In this document: positions 1-8,751 of the stretch, piece after piece
Position numbering within the stretch: the stretch's first letter is position 1
Layout: the number at the start of each line of letters is the position of its first letter
Assembly: GCA_048524725.1 (NCBI GenBank)
Contig: DBFVGT010000010.1
Location: 1,125 to 65,124 of the forward strand
DNA: 64,000 nucleotides
DNA from: Collinsella sp.
GTDB taxonomy: Bacteria > Actinomycetota > Coriobacteriia > Coriobacteriales > Coriobacteriaceae
Reading direction: 5' to 3'
Notes under the pieces: model-generated
What the model saw: only the letters and a program-made list of their open reading frames with translations
Databases searched by the model: none
Told to the model about the DNA's origin: nothing
Translations under genes and position numbers: made by a program

Positions 1-10
1 ACGGCATGGC

Positions 11-823
11 CTATCCCACCTTCACCAGATAGTCGTCGGCCTCTGGCTTGCCCGTGGCCTTGCCCACGGCGATGTAGCGCGTTGCGCCGCTGTAGCCCGT
101 GTATCGGCCCCACACGTAGCCGTCGGCGATCTTGTACCAGTTATCCAGCGTCACGGTCTCGCCGCTGGAATAGTGCGCCACCTCGGTGCCGCCCAGGCCG
201 GGGGCGTCGCGCACGCGCAGGTAGTCCACAGTGCAGCGGTAGGTGCCGCCGAAGTTCTCGGTCGTTTCCTGCTGCGCAGGCTGCGGCTGCGGGACGGCTG
301 CGGGGGCGCTTCCAGCAGTGATGCCGAAGCATTCCAGGTAGATGCGCGCCAGTTCGTCCAGGTTGCCGTTGAACTTCTCGCGGTCGCCGTCGTTGTCGAT
401 GAAGCCGTTCTCGCACAGGCGGTAGTTGATGCCGCGCGCGGCGGCTCGGTTCGGGTTCGCGAGGTCGGAACAGCGCACCAGCTTCTCGGAGCGCCCGGGC
501 ATGAACGCCGCCAGCTTGTCGGCCAGCGCATTGTCGTACTCGTCAGGCTCAAAGCCCTCCTTGATGATGACGTGCGCGCCGTGGGCCGTGGCGATGCCGC
601 TGGCGTCCATGTGCAGCTCCACCACCGGGGCGTCGGTGCTCAGGCGGTTAAGCCCGCCGTCGGCGTACCAGTTGCGGGACGTATCGCCCAGCTCGACCTC
701 GGAACCGCCCAGTTCCTTGATTCGCTGGCCCAGGGCGCGAACGCGCTCGGCCTCGGTGCAGCCGCCTGCGCAGCAGCCGGGGTCGCCAGCGCCGTGGCCG
801 CAGATGATGAACAGTTTAGCCAT
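11..823 (-). CDS. Endolysin: N-acetylmuramoyl-L-alanine amidase (Amidase_3-like) with C-terminal SH3-like domain
   Basis: ICGHGAGDPG, E..., ELHMD and CENGFIDN motifs; C-terminal LRVRDAPG...ADGYVWGRY; follows the holin genes. Confidence 0.9.
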   Translation of the reverse strand: MAKLFIICGHGAGDPGCCAGGCTEAERVRALGQRIKELGGSEVELGDTSRNWYADGGLNRLSTDAPVVELHMDASGIATAHGAHVIIKEGFEPDEYDNALADKLAAFMPGRSEKLVRCSDLANPNRAAARGINYRLCENGFIDNDGDREKFNGNLDELARIYLECFGITAGSAPAAVPQPQPAQQETTENFGGTYRCTVDYLRVRDAPGLGGTEVAHYSSGETVTLDNWYKIADGYVWGRYTGYSGATRYIAVGKATGKPEADDYLVKVG

Positions 824-826
824 TGC

Positions 827-1132
827 CTACTCCTTCCCGCCTACGGTCACGCCCAGCAGGGCGTCGAGCCACTTGGATGTGATGCCTACCGACTTGAACA
901 GCGTGTAGGCCGCCTGCACGCCGCCTACCACGGCGAAGGCGCACGTGACCCATGCGCCCGGGTCTGCGGGCACGCCGCCCACGAAGCCGGTCACGACGCC
1001 CGCCAGGAGCGAGCAGCCCAGCGCCAGGATGCGCGCGGCCTTGCCGGTCATGGCCTCGGTCTTGATCAGCTGCACCGCGAACGGCACGGCGAAAGACAGC
1101 ACGATGGCTGCGATTGCTTGCATTTCTGTCAT
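827..1132 (-). CDS. Holin-like membrane protein
   Basis: 101 aa with about 3 hydrophobic segments; AAGGAA RBS; directly upstream of the endolysin. Confidence 0.75.
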   Translation of the reverse strand: MTEMQAIAAIVLSFAVPFAVQLIKTEAMTGKAARILALGCSLLAGVVTGFVGGVPADPGAWVTCAFAVVGGVQAAYTLFKSVGITSKWLDALLGVTVGGKE

Positions 1133-1145
1133 TTCGGATTCCTTT

Positions 1146-1559
1146 CTATCGAGCCGATTCCTTGTAGAGCAGGTCAACGCGGTCGGCGATGTGGTCGACC
1201 TTCGCCGCCATGCCCTGGCTGCGCGCTTGGCTGTTCGCCAGGTCGGCGTGCAGCACCTCATTGGAGGTCACGACGGACTCCATGAGCGCCTTCATAGCCT
1301 CCATCAGCACGTTGCTGCGCTCCATCTGCGCGGCGATGCGGCCCTCCATCTGGCTGCGCTCGCGGTCGCGCTGCGCCCGCTCGTTCACCTCGTCCTGCTT
1401 TCGCTCTTCGCGCTTGAGGTCGATGTTCGCCTTGCGCTCGTTCTGGGCCTTGAACTCTCCGAGGAGCTGCTTGCCGAAGTACAGGACCACTAGGACGAGC
1501 AGTGCGCCGAAAAGCGACCCGGGGCCGTACGGCGCGAAGATTTCCAGCACGTCGGTCAT
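1146..1559 (-). CDS. Lysis-cassette protein (one TM helix plus coiled coil), holin-like
   Basis: AGGAGGTG RBS; start MTDVLEIF; N-terminal TM followed by a charged helix. Confidence 0.6.
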   Translation of the reverse strand: MTDVLEIFAPYGPGSLFGALLVLVVLYFGKQLLGEFKAQNERKANIDLKREERKQDEVNERAQRDRERSQMEGRIAAQMERSNVLMEAMKALMESVVTSNEVLHADLANSQARSQGMAAKVDHIADRVDLLYKESAR

Positions 1560-1615
1560 TCGTTTTCTCACCTCCTCGAATCGCTGCCGCGATTGTCCGC
1601 GAGGTGTCGCCGGGC

Positions 1616-1643
1616 AAAAGAAAAGCGCCCCCGAAGGGGCGCT
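1616..1643 (-). terminator. Intrinsic terminator
   Basis: AGCGCCCC-TTCG-GGGGCGCT followed by TTTCTTTT on the minus strand. Confidence 0.8.
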
Positions 1644-1645
1644 CG

Positions 1646-1891
1646 CTACTCCTGCGGCGCTTCCGGCTGGTCGGGCTCCATGGCTTCCAGCTCGTTGATG
1701 CGGTCGCGCCACGTCTGGCGCTGCGAGATGATCTCGGCCACCTCCTTGGCAGCTGCGGCGATGGCCGAGAGCAGGTCGGTGATGGACGATGCGGAGAAGA
1801 TGCGCTCCACCGCCTTCATGACCTTGTAGTCGCTCTGCTCAAGCTGCTGTTTGTAGCCGTTGATCTCCCCGGCGATTTCCTGTTCCGTCAT
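1646..1891 (-). CDS. Hypothetical tail-region protein
   Basis: 81 aa; AAGGAG RBS; SDYKVMK...RQTWRDRINELE resembles small phage proteins found after tail-fibre genes. Confidence 0.6.
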   Translation of the reverse strand: MTEQEIAGEINGYKQQLEQSDYKVMKAVERIFSASSITDLLSAIAAAAKEVAEIISQRQTWRDRINELEAMEPDQPEAPQE

Positions 1892-1909
1892 GGGTCGCTC
1901 CTTCCGTTG

Positions 1910-3091
1910 CTAGGGTAGGGGCATGTTCCCATCCGTGTCGCCTCCAGGTTTGGATTGCATTGAGCAACCCCCCCCCGCGGGATTTCCGAACAGGCTGCGG
2001 TACAGCGCGTCCATGGCCCGCACGCTGCGGTGCGCGTCCAGCCGCTTCATGCCTCCGCGCCAGCTCTGGTAGCTCTGCTCCACCTGCTCGGGGGTCATGA
2101 TGCCATCGGCGACCATGCGGGCCATCTTCTTGAGCTTGCGGCGCTCCCGCGTTATGGAGTCTCGGCACGGCTTCACGACTATGCGGCCCGTCTCCGTGTA
2201 GAAGATGCGCTTCTTCAGCCACGTGAACCCGCGCGTGAGCTTCACCACGCGCGTCTTGCGCGGGTTCAGCTCGATGCCCAGCTCGGCGCATTTGCCCTCT
2301 ATCAGCAGCAGGCACACCTGCAAGTAGTCCTTGGACTCGTGTATCAGGTAGAAGTCGTCCATGTAGCGCCCGTAAGACTCGGGGCGCAGCATCTCGGTCA
2401 CATAGTGGTCGATGCAGTTGGGGTGGGCCACGGCGCATATCTGGTTCGGCTCGCTGCCCAGCCCCAGGCCCACATCGCCCTGCGCGTCTATCAGGCGGTG
2501 CTCCAAGGCGACCACGCGCGGATCTAGCAGCGCGGAGGCCACCTGGTCTTTGACGGGTTGGTGCGCTATGCGCGCGAAGTAGTCGGAGAAGTCGCCCAGG
2601 AGGATGTAACCCTCGCGGCCGTGCCGCCTCCAGTGGTCGGCCAGGTGGCGCTTGAGCAGCTTCAGGGCGTAGTCGGTGCCGCGCCCCTTGATGTTCGCGG
2701 AGTTCGCGGCTATGAGGGTGGGCACGATCGCGGGCACGAGCGCGTTCTGCGACAGCGACTTCTGCACCACGCGCTCGGGGAAGTGCACGGCGCTGATATG
2801 CCTCAGCTTGCCGCGCTCCCATAGGTCGAAGCGGATGAAGCCTCGGCATATGTCGCGGCCCTCCAGCAGGTCGCGTCGTGACTTGACGGCGTTTCGCAGG
2901 TAGTCCTTCATGTACCGCTGCGTCGACGACTTCCACATCACGCCGCGCGCGGCCTGCTTCGATGCCTCGCACAGGCTGTTGAGGTCGGCCACGGACTCAA
3001 GCGTGCACGCCTTCACGCGCTCGGCCTTGGCCCTCGCGCGCTTCTCCTCGCGGCGTTTTCGGCGCGCCGCCCGCCTTTGCTCGGAATTCAC
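1910..3091 (-). CDS. DGR reverse transcriptase (phage L)
   Basis: YGRYMDD catalytic motif, DFSDYF, GLGLGSEPNQ; GTG start chosen by alignment with the phage R RT N-terminus (MNSEQRR vs MNSEERR). Confidence 0.95.
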   Translation of the reverse strand: MNSEQRRAARRKRREEKRARAKAERVKACTLESVADLNSLCEASKQAARGVMWKSSTQRYMKDYLRNAVKSRRDLLEGRDICRGFIRFDLWERGKLRHISAVHFPERVVQKSLSQNALVPAIVPTLIAANSANIKGRGTDYALKLLKRHLADHWRRHGREGYILLGDFSDYFARIAHQPVKDQVASALLDPRVVALEHRLIDAQGDVGLGLGSEPNQICAVAHPNCIDHYVTEMLRPESYGRYMDDFYLIHESKDYLQVCLLLIEGKCAELGIELNPRKTRVVKLTRGFTWLKKRIFYTETGRIVVKPCRDSITRERRKLKKMARMVADGIMTPEQVEQSYQSWRGGMKRLDAHRSVRAMDALYRSLFGNPAGGGCSMQSKPGGDTDGNMPLP

Positions 3092-3303
3092 AGAAGGCAC
3101 CCCGCACGGCTTGCAATGTGGCTCTGACAGCCGCTTGAGGTATGGCCATGAAACGCGGCGAAGCCACGGAGCGCCGCGCCATGCAAGCAGCGTCCGGCCA
3201 CCCTCGCGGGGTGCGTATTTACGGGCGCATGCCCGATGGTCGCGCCTTCCTTCCTCTCCGCGCTCTGCTTTCGGCCCTGGGGCCTACTCGGTCTGGCAGT
3301 AAG

Positions 3304-3432
3304 GGAATCCGGGGCGGGGGCGAACCCAGACGTTCGTCGCCGAATTGTAGTTGGCATTGCCGTTGCTGTTGACGTAGCACACGTTGGACGAGGAGCCACC
3401 CATGACGGAACGCAACCACCAATTGTACCGAT
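3304..3432 (-). repeat. DGR template repeat TR (phage L)
   Basis: 129-nt copy of 4041-4169; 11 mismatches, all at TR adenines; 8 AAY codons. Confidence 0.97.
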
Positions 3433-3455
3433 AAACAAGGCGCGACCGCCGCCCA

Positions 3456-3926
3456 TTATAGCGAACGCAGGCGCTCTAGCTCGGCCTCGGCCTCGGCTAT
3501 GCGCTCCTCGGTGGACTTCTTGCCCGTCACGCGCACGTTCTTGCGCGCGCCCCTCAGCAGCCTGATCTCCTCCTCGACCATGGCCGCCAGCTGCTCGAAG
3601 CGGTTCGCGTTCACGGGCAGCCCAATGTCCATGAGGCACTGCATGTCGAGCATCAGCTGCTCGCAGTCGGCTATGGCCAGCGTCAGGTACCGCTTGCGCT
3701 CCAGCGCGTTGAACGAGCTGTTTGGGTAGAAGCAGTCGGCGCGATTGACGTTGTATACGATGCTGCGCGCCGTCTCGACGGTCGGCACCGCGTTGAGCAG
3801 GCGGTACGCCTTGGGCACCACCGAGGAGGAGGCCATCAGCTTGTTGACCTCCACGCGGATGGCGATGGCCTGCGTGAAGAACTTGTACTCTGAAACCTCG
3901 CGGTTTCGCTGGTAGACGCCGCTCAT
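3456..3926 (-). CDS. avd: DGR accessory variability determinant (Avd-like)
   Basis: 156-aa helical protein between target and TR; AGGAGG RBS; homologous to 62975-63385. Confidence 0.8.
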   Translation of the reverse strand: MSGVYQRNREVSEYKFFTQAIAIRVEVNKLMASSSVVPKAYRLLNAVPTVETARSIVYNVNRADCFYPNSSFNALERKRYLTLAIADCEQLMLDMQCLMDIGLPVNANRFEQLAAMVEEEIRLLRGARKNVRVTGKKSTEERIAEAEAELERLRSL

Positions 3927-4029
3927 GGCACCTCCTGGGAAAACGTGGCAAAAAAACGGCCCGCTTCGCGGGCGAGAGGCGACCGCGCAAGGCGGTCGCC
4001 TAAAAGCAGAGTATAGAGCACTCGGCTGG

Positions 4030-4938
4030 CTAGCCGACGAGGAAGCCGGGGCGGGGGCGAACCCAGACGTCCGTCGCCGAATCGTAGTTGGCACCGCCGC
4101 TGCCGATGACGTAGCACACGTCGGACGAGGAGCCACCCACGACGGAACGCAACCACCAAGTGTACCGATTTCCGTTGATTCGGTGCGCGGTGTCCCTGAA
4201 CAGGTCCCACTGGCAGTCAAAGCCGACGCTGTAGCCCTTGGTGCCCCACACTGGGCAGCCGTACACCTCCATCTCGGACAGCGAGAACACCTTGCCGATA
4301 TCCTGCCAGCTCCACGAGTTGGAGTCGTTGAGCGCGCCGCTGGCGCTGTAACGCTCCTCAAGCAGGACGCGCTGGGTCAGCAGGTACTTGGTCAGGCTCT
4401 CGGGCAGGCACGCCTCGAAGGCCGTCTCCCACGCCTTGAGGTTGCTGTTGGGGTAGGGGCATTTCTGGTCGGCGGTGCCCTGGTTCGTGTTGGTCGTGTT
4501 CCACATCAGGAAGCTGTCGTTGGCAACGCCGGTCACGGTCTTGGCCACGGCGATGGGCGCGGAGGCCACGAAGGCGATGTGGTGGCCTTTGGAGCTGTCG
4601 CCGCAGCAGTAGTACGGGTCGAAGTGCGCCAGGAGGAAGCGCACGGACTGCTGGGCCGCCACGCCCGACGCGCTTACCAGCGGCACGTCGATGTAATCTC
4701 CCACGCGCAGGCCCGCGAAGTTGCCGTTGGCGGCTCGCTTGTGCAGCGCGTCGTACACGCTGCCGCTGCCGATCTCTCCCGCCAGGATGGTGGCGATGTT
4801 CTGCCCGCCGTACTTGCCGATTTGGCCCTGGCGGTTGTACTCGGCGTTGTTGAGCGCCGTCTGCGCGTTGCTGCGCGCGGTATCGTCGATGACCTCGTAG
4901 CCGATGCCGCCCACCGACAGGGTTTTCGCTTGTGCCAT
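4030..4938 (-). CDS. DGR target protein, putative receptor-binding protein with a C-terminal CLec-like variable region
   Basis: C-terminus WWLRS...VRPRPGF contains the VR; last gene of the tail module. Confidence 0.9.
   Translation of the reverse strand: MAQAKTLSVGGIGYEVIDDTARSNAQTALNNAEYNRQGQIGKYGGQNIATILAGEIGSGSVYDALHKRAANGNFAGLRVGDYIDVPLVSASGVAAQQSVRFLLAHFDPYYCCGDSSKGHHIAFVASAPIAVAKTVTGVANDSFLMWNTTNTNQGTADQKCPYPNSNLKAWETAFEACLPESLTKYLLTQRVLLEERYSASGALNDSNSWSWQDIGKVFSLSEMEVYGCPVWGTKGYSVGFDCQWDLFRDTAHRINGNRYTWWLRSVVGGSSSDVCYVIGSGGANYDSATDVWVRPRPGFLVG
4041..4169 (-). repeat. DGR variable repeat VR (phage L)
   Basis: Aligns gap-free to TR 3304-3432. Confidence 0.97.
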
Positions 4939-4950
4939 TTCGTTGCCTTT

Positions 4951-5853
4951 CTACTTGAGGTTGAGGGTTGTGCCGGACGCCGTGCAGGTGCTCCCGAACG
5001 TGATGGTGCTGCCAGATGCGCTGGCCTTGGAGGCGGGGCAGTACACGGTGCCGTCGTCGTAGATGAACGCGTCCGTGGCGTCGGCCAGCTTGCCGTACAG
5101 GTCGGCTATCTGCTGCTTCTGCTTGGCCATGTCCGAGCTGCCCGCGCTGCCCTGCGCCACGCTGTTGGCTATCTGCAGGGCGATGTTTGCCGCCGCGTCG
5201 GCGTTCGAGGCCGCGCCGTTTGCCGCAGCCGTGGCGGCTTGCGAGGCCGTCTTCAGCTGCGACGCCTCGGTCACGCGGTCGCTTTCCGCCGTGGCTCGCT
5301 TCTTCTCGGCCTCTGCGCGCTTGGTTTCGGTGGTCTGGCGTGCCTTCTCGTTCGTGGCGCGCTGGTTTTCCGCGCTCGCGCGGGAGGCCTCGGCCTCCTG
5401 CATCTGCGCGTTCAGCGCGCTCACGTCGGCTAGCTGCCCTTCGAGGTTCGCGATGATCGCCTCCACCGCATCGACGTACGGGCCGGATATCTCGCCCGAC
5501 GCGCTCGCCGAGGGCAGCACGTTCACCAGGACGTTCTCGGTGGTGGCGTCCAGCCCTGCCGCGTTCCGCACGCGCACGTAGCACACCTTGAGCAGCCCGG
5601 CCACGCCGAAGACGGCGGGGTCGACCGTCACGGTGGCCACGTTGTCGCTGATGCCAGTGAACTGCTGCTCAACGTAGGTGTGGTCGGGCTTCGCAGCCAT
5701 GAGGTGCACCTTGCAGCCCGTCAGGGCCGCCTTCTTGTCGCCGTCGTAGATGGCGGCCTTCAGGACCTCGGCGCTGTCGCCCTGGTGCACGGTGATGACG
5801 GGCGGCGCTATGTTGGTCTTCTTGAGGTTGAGCGTAAGCTCGTGCGTTGCCAT
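4951..5853 (-). CDS. Baseplate upper protein-like (BppU-like N-terminus plus coiled coil)
   Basis: ITVHQGDSAEVLKAAIYD, KPDHTYV; Ala-rich helix; homologous to 60934-61935. Confidence 0.7.
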   Translation of the reverse strand: MATHELTLNLKKTNIAPPVITVHQGDSAEVLKAAIYDGDKKAALTGCKVHLMAAKPDHTYVEQQFTGISDNVATVTVDPAVFGVAGLLKVCYVRVRNAAGLDATTENVLVNVLPSASASGEISGPYVDAVEAIIANLEGQLADVSALNAQMQEAEASRASAENQRATNEKARQTTETKRAEAEKKRATAESDRVTEASQLKTASQAATAAANGAASNADAAANIALQIANSVAQGSAGSSDMAKQKQQIADLYGKLADATDAFIYDDGTVYCPASKASASGSTITFGSTCTASGTTLNLK

Positions 5854-5856
5854 GCC

Positions 5857-6177
5857 TCATTCCTTTCCTTCGGCCGCAAGTGTCCGCGATATGTCGCCGG
5901 GCTGCGCTCTGTGGACCCCGCATATCTCCTCGTCGGTGAGCGCCGAGAAGTCCACGGCGTTAGCCTCGCCGCCTTCCGCGTCCATGACGGCCACGGGGCT
6001 GGACACGAGCGTGAAGCCGCCCTTGCCGTCGAACTCGAACACGTCTTCCGATTCCACGATGGCCCGCGCCGTGGCCGGGTCGCTGATGCACTCGAACACC
6101 GGAAGCGCCTCGGGCGGCTTCGGCGCGCCGTCGAGCGCCTGCGGCGCTTCGGGCTGCTGCACAAGGTGGTAGAACAT
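5857..6177 (-). CDS. Hypothetical tail protein
   Basis: 106 aa; RBS; position equivalent to 60533-60934. Confidence 0.6.
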   Translation of the reverse strand: MFYHLVQQPEAPQALDGAPKPPEALPVFECISDPATARAIVESEDVFEFDGKGGFTLVSSPVAVMDAEGGEANAVDFSALTDEEICGVHRAQPGDISRTLAAEGKE

Positions 6178-6198
6178 TCCGTTTCCTCTCTCGCTGGT

Positions 6199-8751
6199 CT
6201 AGTTTCCCGTGATGCTGCTCATGCCGGTGATGATTCCGTTCACCACGTTGATGGTGCCCCACGTCCAGTTGTCGCCGTTGTTGGTGATGCACCCGATGAA
6301 CTGCGTGGAGCCCGTGTACCCGTAGGTGCCGCCGCCGCTCGGACTGGTCCCTATGGCGAACTTCGGGGCGAGTATCCTGGCGGTGCCCGACGACCCAATG
6401 TCTGCGCGGCTGCTATCCAGGTACACGTAGTTGTTGGAGTTCTCCTGCAGCTTCACGTACGCCGAGCCGCCCGCGTTGCTGTTGCCGCTCCTCATGTACA
6501 GCTGCTCGTCGGGATGGCTCATGTAGCCCGCGTAGTAGGGGGTCGTCAGCCACGTCTGGCGGTAGTAGCGGTTGACTGCCAGGAAGCCGTAGCCGCAGGC
6601 GGATATGCCCACGCCGTCGGTCGAGCTCGCCGTGGGGCTGTCCTTCGCGTGGACGGCCTCGATGGTGCAGTACTCGGTCGAGCCGTTCACGAACGACGCT
6701 CCCGGGTGGTTGTTCGTCGTCGTGCCGGTGGTGATGTAGTTGGTTGACGACGTGCCGACCATGTTGCAGCGGAACATGGAGGTGCTGCCCACCAGCACGG
6801 TGCCCGCGATGATGGAGCCGTTCTTGTCGTATATCTGGAAGCCGTTGGTGGCGTTGATATAGACCCTGTTGCCGTTGCTGTCGGTCATGAAGATGGAGCC
6901 GTCGCGCAGGTAGAAGGCCCCGCTGTCGAGGTCCCAGTACGAGTTCCCGCCTTTGATGCGGCCCGTGGTCAGCTCGTCGGCGGTCACGCCGTCGCCGGTT
7001 ATGGCCGTGCGCCACTTCCACGCGCCGCTGGAGTACTTGGAGTTGGCCACGCCGATGATTCCGCCGCCTATCTTGACGCACTTGGTGGCGCTCTCGGGCT
7101 TTTTGTCGTACACCAGGATGCCTTGGCCGGGCTCCTCGTACACCCAGCCACCCGTGGTGTTCACCTCGCTGTTGAGCATGTCAACGATCTTCTTGCGGAT
7201 ATCCGTCGGCAGCTGGTCGAGCTGTTTCTGCAGCCCATCCACCTCGCCCTCGGCGCTCGTCAGCCGTTCGTCCAACTTGCCCGTGACGTCTTCCAGGTAC
7301 TCCTTGTTGGCCTCGTCTATCTGCTTGAGCACGCTCTCGCTTTGCTCTATCGACGTGTCGGTGTACAGGCGCAGCACCTCGTCCAGGGCCAGGTTGCCGT
7401 CGTCGGAGTACTTCTTCAGCGCCTCCTCCAGCGTGGTGTCCCCGTTGTCGGCGTACTCCTTGAGGGCCTTGTCCAGCTCGTCCCTTATCTGGTCGGTGTA
7501 GTCCTGGGCGGCGCCGCCGACCTCCTTGGCGTACGCCTTCTGGCGCTCCTCTGCGGCCGCCAGGCTCTCGCCCCATTTGCCGGTCGATGCCTTGTTCGAG
7601 GCGTTCACGGCCTCGGTCACGGTCGCCCGGATGGTCGAGGCGGTGGACTTGGCGGCCGACTTCTGCGCGGCCATCAGCTCGGCGACCGTCTGGTAGTTGC
7701 CGAACGTGTAGGTGACCTCGCCGGGGCGCAGCTGGTCCTCCACCACCTTGGTGATGCGCGTGCGCACGCGCAGCGGCGGGTCGTACACCTTGTCCACCAC
7801 GGTCACCAGGTCGCCCTCGTCCGCGCCCTCGAAGCCCTCGCCGGCGCGCGCAAGCGCCACGGCGTCCACAGTGTAGGACACGGTGGGCACGCACGACTTC
7901 GCCAGCTGCGCCTCGGTGAGCTTCTTCAGCTCGGCGGCGTCCTCGCAGTCGGAGAACTCCACGTCGCCGAACACGTGCGCCTTGCCGCCCTTGCCGTCGG
8001 GCCGTCCCCAGCGCGCCAGCGCGTCGGCCGACCCCACCCAGTTCTGCCCGCCGTTCACGCCGCCGAAGGTCAGCTTGCGATCGTAGCCGCCCGTCAGGTT
8101 GCCGTCCTCGTCGGCGGTCTGCAGGGACTTGCCGTAGCCGTACAGGGCGGTACACACGTTGCCCTCGTCCACGCTGCGCTTGACGCTCACGAGGTCCTTG
8201 GCGTAGGTGAAACGCTTGCCGTTGTCCTCGCCGACCTGCTTGGCCATGCACACGCGGCGTGCGGTCACCTTGGTGCCGCTCACCTGGATTTCGAACGACA
8301 GCTCGCCGCCCCAAGTGTCCGCCACGTCGTGGATGGCCGCCCATGCGTTGGTGTGGTAGAAGTTCGTGCCGGCCTGCCCGAGGTCGGCCACGGTTCCGAC
8401 CTGCCAGCGCGAGGAGGACAGCGCCGAGGCCAGCGCGGCGTAGGCGCTCACGTCGTAGGGGCGCTTGTCCTCCAGGTAGTCGCCCAGGAGCTCGATTTGC
8501 GCCGAGGTCGGGCAGTAGTACGTGTAGAGGATGCCCGCGCTCGCGCGCTCCTCCTCCACGCCGTCCACGATGTTCTCGTGCCAGCGGCCCTTGAGGTCGC
8601 GCCACACCAGGCGGTCGCCCTTGTCCAGGCGCGCCAGCGTTGTGATGCTCAGGGCGTTCTCGCCGTTGACCTCGCGCGTGTCCTCGCACTCGAACAGCGT
8701 CTTGATGGGTCCCTTGTACGCCTCCCAGCGGTCGCATGCCCACAGAATCAT
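6199..8751 (-). CDS. Tail tip/minor structural protein (Tal/endopeptidase-like)
   Basis: Follows Dit; KRFTYAKDLVSVKRSV and TALYGYGK; homologous to 58362-60524. Confidence 0.8.
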   Translation of the reverse strand: MILWACDRWEAYKGPIKTLFECEDTREVNGENALSITTLARLDKGDRLVWRDLKGRWHENIVDGVEEERASAGILYTYYCPTSAQIELLGDYLEDKRPYDVSAYAALASALSSSRWQVGTVADLGQAGTNFYHTNAWAAIHDVADTWGGELSFEIQVSGTKVTARRVCMAKQVGEDNGKRFTYAKDLVSVKRSVDEGNVCTALYGYGKSLQTADEDGNLTGGYDRKLTFGGVNGGQNWVGSADALARWGRPDGKGGKAHVFGDVEFSDCEDAAELKKLTEAQLAKSCVPTVSYTVDAVALARAGEGFEGADEGDLVTVVDKVYDPPLRVRTRITKVVEDQLRPGEVTYTFGNYQTVAELMAAQKSAAKSTASTIRATVTEAVNASNKASTGKWGESLAAAEERQKAYAKEVGGAAQDYTDQIRDELDKALKEYADNGDTTLEEALKKYSDDGNLALDEVLRLYTDTSIEQSESVLKQIDEANKEYLEDVTGKLDERLTSAEGEVDGLQKQLDQLPTDIRKKIVDMLNSEVNTTGGWVYEEPGQGILVYDKKPESATKCVKIGGGIIGVANSKYSSGAWKWRTAITGDGVTADELTTGRIKGGNSYWDLDSGAFYLRDGSIFMTDSNGNRVYINATNGFQIYDKNGSIIAGTVLVGSTSMFRCNMVGTSSTNYITTGTTTNNHPGASFVNGSTEYCTIEAVHAKDSPTASSTDGVGISACGYGFLAVNRYYRQTWLTTPYYAGYMSHPDEQLYMRSGNSNAGGSAYVKLQENSNNYVYLDSSRADIGSSGTARILAPKFAIGTSPSGGGTYGYTGSTQFIGCITNNGDNWTWGTINVVNGIITGMSSITGN

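Noticed and set aside
1121..1132. Holin dual-start motif (M-T-E-M)
   Set aside because: Lacks the basic residue of lambda S-type dual starts; no other support
1910..3091. RT as group II intron, retron or Abi RT
   Set aside because: Adjacent TR/VR pair with adenine-only mismatches and an Avd-like gene identify a DGR; no intron maturase/endonuclease context
4041..4169. Evidence of cross-homing between the two DGRs in the consensus
   Set aside because: Each VR matches its own TR at every non-A position; no diagnostic bases from the other TR
6199..8751. Additional VR copies (multi-target DGR)
   Set aside because: No further WWLRS-type repeat seen by eye in the window; a BLASTN of each TR is needed to exclude remote targets
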